64,000 bases of DNA from Desulfosudaceae bacterium (GTDB lineage: Bacteria > Desulfobacterota > Desulfobacteria > Desulfobacterales > Desulfosudaceae): positions 2,464,001 to 2,528,000 of the forward strand of contig CAXXDV010000003.1 of NCBI GenBank assembly GCA_963674745.2. The letters are read 5' to 3'. Below the pieces are notes generated by a model. It saw only the letters and a program-made list of their open reading frames with translations. It searched no databases and was not told the DNA's origin. The translations under genes and the position numbers were made by a program. Below are positions 58,822 through 64,000 of this stretch, piece after piece (within the stretch, counting starts at the first letter, position 1; each line of letters starts with the position of its first letter).

Positions 58822-58878
58822 TTCACAAATTGTCAAATCATATTCACTTATGGTCAATACATAGCGCTCAGATATGGT
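58822..58878 (+). promoter_or_regulatory. Conserved island promoter/operator, copy 5
   Basis: TTCACAAATTGTCAAATCATA-TTCACTTATGGTCAATAC...TATGGT. Confidence 0.8.
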
Positions 58879-59099
58879 TTAGCCTAATCATTCAGCAGGG
58901 CCATTTATCGACAAATTGGAATAAGCAAAACCCGGTATGAGTAAAAGATAACGGCGGAACTGATGGCCACCCATCAGTTCAGACTTAAAATTATCGTTCC
59001 ATGGTGGAAGTCAATATGAACAAGGGAGAGCATAAGGCCATGAAGACAATCGTGGCCTTTTAATCGTAAAATTCATGAATATAAAAAGGAATTATTGTC

Positions 59100-59453
59100 A
59101 TGAGGTTAAAGATTCTACTGTTGGGCCTGTACTGGTTGCTCTGGTTTTCTTCCAAGACCAACGCCTCTTTTAAGCAGTTTATCCGCAAGGCCAAGGTCCG
59201 GTTTATGATCCGGACAGAAGACGGTCGGTATGCCCGGCTGTTTGTGTTCGACCAGGGCAAAGTCACCACTGCCGTGGGCCCGGACCATCCTTTTGACGCG
59301 GCCCTGACCTGGAAGGACGCCAAAACAGCTTTTTCCACTATGTTAAAGCAGAACATGGAGGCGTTTTTCTACGCTGCCGCAGACGGAAAACTGAGAATAG
59401 AGGGGATGCCTGTGTATGCCCAGTGGTTTGATGCGGCGATGAAGCATATCTGA
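59100..59453 (+). CDS. SCP2-like (sterol carrier) small protein
   Basis: G.V....D..L.W.D...A...GKLRIEG pattern. Confidence 0.6.
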   Translation: MRLKILLLGLYWLLWFSSKTNASFKQFIRKAKVRFMIRTEDGRYARLFVFDQGKVTTAVGPDHPFDAALTWKDAKTAFSTMLKQNMEAFFYAAADGKLRIEGMPVYAQWFDAAMKHI

Positions 59454-59500
59454 AAATTCCATATTTAATCATCACAGATAAGAGAGAAGAGGAGAGTCAC

Positions 59501-61168
59501 ATGTCAAAGATGTCCGGCGGTCACCTGGTGGCAAAGTATCTGAAAGAAGCAGAAAGCATAACCCACGTGTTCACCCTGTCAGGTGGCCACATTGAGGCCA
59601 TCCTGGACGGCATGACCGAGTACAACATCACCGCCATCGATGTCCGCCATGAACAGGTTGCCGCCATGATGGCCCATGCCTGGTCGGTTTATACCAATAC
59701 ACCCGGCGTCTGCCTGGTCACGGCCGGGCCGGGGTTCACCAATGCCCTCACCGGCATCGTCAATGCCCACCTGGAAAATGTTCCCCTGGTGGTGCTTTGC
59801 GGCCGGCATCCCATCCGGGACGATCTGAAAGGTGCCCTGCAGGAGATGAATCAGATCGACATGGTCAAGCCCGTTACCAAGTGGAGTGCCACCTGTTATG
59901 ATGTCCGGCGCATACCCGAATATCTGTCCATTGCCTTTCGACAGGCCACCATGGGGCGGCCCGGCCCGGTTTTTCTGGAGCTGCCGCCGGATATCCTGTT
60001 TGCTGAAATCGACAGCAGCAGTGCGTCCATACTTCCCAGGCGAAAGCACAAAACCGCAGTTCAGCCGGTAGCAAACGACCTGGAAGCTGCCGCCCGAATC
60101 ATCAACAGCGCTAAAAAGCCGGTTTTTCTGGGGGGCAGCGGCATTGGTTTGAGTGATTGCGGTCCGGCTATGCAGGCGTTTATTGAAAAAACCGGCATTC
60201 CTTTCGGCTTGATCAACTACGGCCGGGGGATGCTGCCGGATGATCATCCGCTTTCCTTGAGCGAAAGCGGGTTTACGGGCATTGCTTCGGGCCTGCCGGT
60301 GGCCGATGTTGTTGTCGCCGCGGGTGTCCGGTTCAACTGGGTGATGCAGTCGGGACAGCTGTTCCCGGATGCGAAGGTTGTCAGGATCGACATCGATCCC
60401 CATGAGCTTGATCGCAACCAGACCGCCACAGTCGGGCTGGAAGGCGACGCCGGGGTAGTGCTGGATCAGCTGCTGCCGCTGGTGGAAAAAAAAGACCATA
60501 CCGAATGGGTGGATACCTTCAAGCGGGCTTCGGCCGCCTTCATGGTCACGGAACTTGAGAAACGGCAGAAACCGTCCGACCCCATTCATCCCTCGCGCCT
60601 GGTGGAACAGGTCATGAGTGTGTTCGGCACTGATGCCTATTATGTGGCTGACGGCGGTGACACCACCTATTACGGCCTGTCCGGGTTTTCTTCCGTCCAC
60701 CGGGCAGGTGTTCTTATCCCTGCCGGCGGCCTGCTGGGCTGTCTCGGTACCGGTATCCCGTTCGCCCTGGCCGCGAAACTGGCCCATCCGGACAAGCCGG
60801 TCATTGTGCTGAACGGGGACGGTTCCTTTGGATTCAACGGCATGGAATTTGACACGGCCGTGCGCCACAATATTCCCATTATCTGTGTGGTCAATAATGA
60901 CTGTGCCTGGGGTATGATCAAACACGCCCAGGAAATCAGCCTGGGCCATGACCGTTGCACCTGCACTGATCTGGGAATGCGTCATTATGAAAAAATGGTG
61001 GAAGGCCTGGGCGGTTACGGTGAACTGGTCACCAAAGACGAGGAGATCGTTCCCGCTCTTAAGCGGGCCGCGGCATCCGGAAAACCGGCCTGCATCAACG
61101 TGGTCACCGATCCGACCGTGACCAGCCAGGCCACCATCATGTTTTATCAGAGTTTTGGTGAGTTGTAA
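59501..61168 (+). CDS. TPP-dependent enzyme, 2-hydroxyacyl-CoA lyase/IlvG-like
   Basis: GGHLVA..L...VFTLSGGHI, RHEQ, TAGPG.TN, GDGSFGFNGMEF...NN. Confidence 0.85.
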   Translation: MSKMSGGHLVAKYLKEAESITHVFTLSGGHIEAILDGMTEYNITAIDVRHEQVAAMMAHAWSVYTNTPGVCLVTAGPGFTNALTGIVNAHLENVPLVVLCGRHPIRDDLKGALQEMNQIDMVKPVTKWSATCYDVRRIPEYLSIAFRQATMGRPGPVFLELPPDILFAEIDSSSASILPRRKHKTAVQPVANDLEAAARIINSAKKPVFLGGSGIGLSDCGPAMQAFIEKTGIPFGLINYGRGMLPDDHPLSLSESGFTGIASGLPVADVVVAAGVRFNWVMQSGQLFPDAKVVRIDIDPHELDRNQTATVGLEGDAGVVLDQLLPLVEKKDHTEWVDTFKRASAAFMVTELEKRQKPSDPIHPSRLVEQVMSVFGTDAYYVADGGDTTYYGLSGFSSVHRAGVLIPAGGLLGCLGTGIPFALAAKLAHPDKPVIVLNGDGSFGFNGMEFDTAVRHNIPIICVVNNDCAWGMIKHAQEISLGHDRCTCTDLGMRHYEKMVEGLGGYGELVTKDEEIVPALKRAAASGKPACINVVTDPTVTSQATIMFYQSFGEL

Positions 61169-61204
61169 GCAGTTCATATATACATGACGCCTGGAGGACG
61201 AGAC

Positions 61205-62032
61205 ATGCCGGGAGTAAAAGATTTGCGGGATAAGGTGGTGGTGGTGACCGGCGCCGGCAGCGGGATCGGCCGTGCTACGGCCAATGCTTTTGCCGGTGAA
61301 AAGGCCAGGCTGGTGATTGCCGACATCAACCGGGAACGGCTGGACGATACGGAAAAGGAACTACAGGAAAAGGGTGTTCAGGTATCGATCTTTGAAATTG
61401 ATGTTTCTGACAAGTCACAGGTGGCCGATCTGGCGCAGTTCACCCTGGATACATACGGCCGGGTGGACATTATTCATAACAATGCCGGAATCGGCTGGGG
61501 CGGCCCCATGGAAGTTTATCCCCTGGAAAACTGGGAGAAGATTGTGGGGGTCAATTTCTGGAGCGTGGTTTACGGGGTGCATTATTTTTTACCGCATCTG
61601 ATCAGGCAGCGCTCGGGTCATATCGTCAATACCTCCAGCGCGGCCGGTTACTGGGGGGGGCCTGGTTTGAGCGCCTACACCGCCACCAAGCACGCCATTG
61701 TCGGCCTTTCAGATGTGCTGCGTGCGGAAGTCCGGCGATACAATATCGGCGTTTCCACCATTTGCCCTGGGATTATCAAGACCAGCATCGTGCATGACGG
61801 CAAACAGACGTTGCTGCCGACCGCCAAGCTTGACCAGAAAAATATGGCTGCGTTTTACGACCGTTTCGGCTGGTCTCCGGACCGGGTGGCCCGGGCAGTG
61901 ATAAAAGCGGTCAAAAAAAACCGGGGACTGGTGCCTGCCGGGCCGGAAGCCTGGCTGATGTGGTATTCCAAGCGGCTTTCCGAAACCGCCTATAACCTTT
62001 TTCTGCGGTTCGGTGCCCGGACCGCCTGGTAA
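61205..62032 (+). CDS. SDR oxidoreductase
   Basis: TGAGSGIG, NNAG, YTATK, CPG; ATG 61205 after GGAGG. Confidence 0.9.
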   Translation: MPGVKDLRDKVVVVTGAGSGIGRATANAFAGEKARLVIADINRERLDDTEKELQEKGVQVSIFEIDVSDKSQVADLAQFTLDTYGRVDIIHNNAGIGWGGPMEVYPLENWEKIVGVNFWSVVYGVHYFLPHLIRQRSGHIVNTSSAAGYWGGPGLSAYTATKHAIVGLSDVLRAEVRRYNIGVSTICPGIIKTSIVHDGKQTLLPTAKLDQKNMAAFYDRFGWSPDRVARAVIKAVKKNRGLVPAGPEAWLMWYSKRLSETAYNLFLRFGARTAW

Positions 62033-62239
62033 TCAGGGCAGCCTGTTCGATAGGTGTAGCGGAGGGCTTCACAGGCTGTCCAATAACTCAGAACATTCGT
62101 CATTCCTGGCCCAAAAAGCGTCCAGCGTCCTGGCAATGCCTGAAGAAACGCACCCTTTTTCCGCTAAAATAACAATGTCCACCATGATTCACCTTTTATA
62201 TCGCCGAATGTTTTTTTTGACATGAAATATGTCAATCTC

Positions 62240-62736
62240 TCCCCTTTTGAGAACTTCTGTCATGGGCTATTTTTTTACAACCTGTTTTGAGGAGGGATGC
62301 GATGGACTATCAATCAAAGGTGACAGACCTTATCAGAAACCGCTGTTCCTGGCGCAGTTTTGGGGACCGGGCCGTAGAAACGGAAAAAAGAAAGAAACAG
62401 AACCGGATTTAGCATTGCCCAAAAGATGTGAGTATCTGGTGAGCTGGAAGGGGATTTGAACAGTACGGCGACAATGCCTGAACTTCGGGAGCAAGAAAAA
62501 ATGCCTTTGGAAAAAAAACATGTCGTATGCAGCATGTGTGATCAGGCCTGCAGTCTGGAAACGCATGCCAGGGACGGACGGTTGGAAAAACTGCGCGGGT
62601 TTGCAGACCATCTGTTGATGCCCAAGACCATTTGCTGCAAACCCGGGGAGGCTGCTAAATGGTTTTACAATGAACATCGCCTGCTATACCCCTTGAAACG
62701 AACCGGAGAAAGAGGCAGCGGTATGGTCAGGCGGTT
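62240..62736 (+). pseudogene. Decayed duplicate of 25808-26536 (nitroreductase remnant + 5' part of the acetylene hydratase-like gene)
   Basis: Clear nucleotide similarity; MPLEKKHVVCSMCDQAC at 62501; two internal deletions; truncated. Confidence 0.9.
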
Positions 62737-62954
62737 ATCCGTTTCCAGATCAAGGAAAGGCATCTATATTAAAAGGGAATAAACCCTTTTTGACCTTAAA
62801 ACGGGCCTTCTAAGCTGTTCCTTTGTCTGGCTCACGCCTTGAGACTATTTTTAAGCCCCCAAAAGCCCCTTATAAGTCGGTTTTCCCCTCATTTTTTGAT
62901 ATATTTCATCAACTTTTCAAAACGTTAGCCTGGTCCGACCCTGAAAGGGGCCTG

Positions 62955-63221
62955 TCCCGGACCTGATCCGGGAAAGAAGATCCGCTATTGTATCCCAAGT
63001 GCCAGGGGCAAATGAAAATCATCAGTTTTATCGAAGAGCAGGCCGTCATCAAACAGATACTGCAACATCTGGGATTGTGGGAAATCCGCAACACCGGCCC
63101 GCCGCCAACCCCGAACCTGAATATTGTCCGGGAACTGACGTATCAGCCGATGCCTGATCAGGTATCGGCTGATGACGGGTTCTTTTCTCAGGTTCCCGAT
63201 TATGGCTACTGGGCTGAATAA
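62955..63221 (+). mobile_element. IS91-family transposase C-terminal remnant
   Basis: DPLLYPKCQGQMKIISFIEEQAVIKQILQHLGLW, typical of the C-terminal zinc-ribbon segment of IS91-like transposases; preceded by palindrome TCCCGGA-CCTGA-TCCGGGA. Confidence 0.65.
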
Positions 63222-64000
63222 TCCCAAAATCCTCCAGCCGGGTGACCACAGCAGAGCGGACTCAAAAATCCCGTTTTTTTCTTTATTTTTCACTGCCCTG
63301 ACATTTTTTCTGTTTTTTTTATCTCTTTGATAATGTTCTGTCGAACCCCGCCTGAAGGCTTCGTCAACATGTGGTGACCTCACAAACATTGACACACAAG
63401 ACCGATCTTGCTATAGATAATGGCCATAAAAGCAAGTTCTTATCCCTAATAGGTGTTGACAAACTCCTCCAGTTTATTTTACTTTCCTTCATAGTCTTTA
63501 CCCCGAACATTGTTTTAAACGGCCGTTTTTTTTAACTCCCAGCGAGAAAGGACGCCCCTTTTTCTCACAGCAATCTGTGGAAAGTTTAGTTAAATAAATT
63601 ATGTCTGTTCCCCGGAAGGCCAGCAATACACCTGAAAAACTTCCAGCAGGCGACTTACAGCTTGTTTTTTCGCTTTTTTTTATGGGGCTGGGATATGCCC
63701 TCCTCTCATTCTGTCTCTTCAGGATGCTCTGTTTTATAAACTTCAGCGCGCCCTTTTTCGTTCTTTATATAGGGATAGGATTCCCTGCCGGTGCGTTACT
63801 TGTTTCTTTTTTCATCCGCGACCTTTATACCGGCTTAAAGCTCGTCATTATGGCACTCCCTCTTGCTTCCGCCGGAGTCCTTGCTGTTGGTGTGCTGGCG
63901 ACCTCATTGTGGGGCAACGCGTTAGAGCAAATTTCTTTAGATGTTAATTTCTCCCTTCTGTTTCTCGCAATAGTGGGGGTATCCATCATCTCTATTCCCT

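Noticed and set aside
59579..61177. 532-aa minus-strand ORF
   Set aside because: Antisense shadow of the GC-rich TPP enzyme gene; no motifs or RBS.
63450..64000. Possible gene at the window end
   Set aside because: No ORF of 60 aa or more in the track and no recognisable motif.

Overview
Bacterial chromosome window, probably from a Desulfobacterales-type deltaproteobacterium (inferred from gene order and repeat types). 1-21.35 kb is core genome: two TMTC-like GT-C/TPR membrane proteins, a VKOR-DsbA fusion, sigma54-driven pilA, pilR, pyrC-pyrB-lepB-M23 peptidase, then kdsA-kdsC-lptCAB-rpoN-hpf-ptsN-rapZ-EIIA-rimI-gap-tpiA-secG and tRNA-Leu(GAG). Accessory DNA starts at the tRNA: two integrase-less islets (Fic; DUF4143 ATPase), each closed by a copy of the tRNA 3' end. 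A ~37 kb catabolic island (25.7-62.7 kb) follows, bracketed by a decayed duplicate of its first genes and then an IS91-like remnant. Notable content: (i) an acetylene-hydratase-like W/Mo enzyme that keeps the catalytic Asp and metal-ligand Cys but has a large amphipathic insert; (ii) an operon for a Rieske protein, a cytochrome b with a 2x[4Fe-4S] ferredoxin spliced in at the b6/subunit-IV junction, a pentaheme cytochrome c, and a Tat-exported CrtU-like flavo-lipoprotein with a rubredoxin insert; (iii) five identically spaced copies of a 57-bp promoter/operator defining a probable AraC regulon; (iv) a sigma54 sub-regulon of secreted hydrolases, one of them cutinase/PETase-like; (v) six SDRs, START and SCP2 lipid-binding proteins and a HACL-like TPP enzyme. 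Together these suggest an undescribed anaerobic pathway for a hydrophobic lipid or isoprenoid substrate. All family calls come from reading motifs; no database searches were run.
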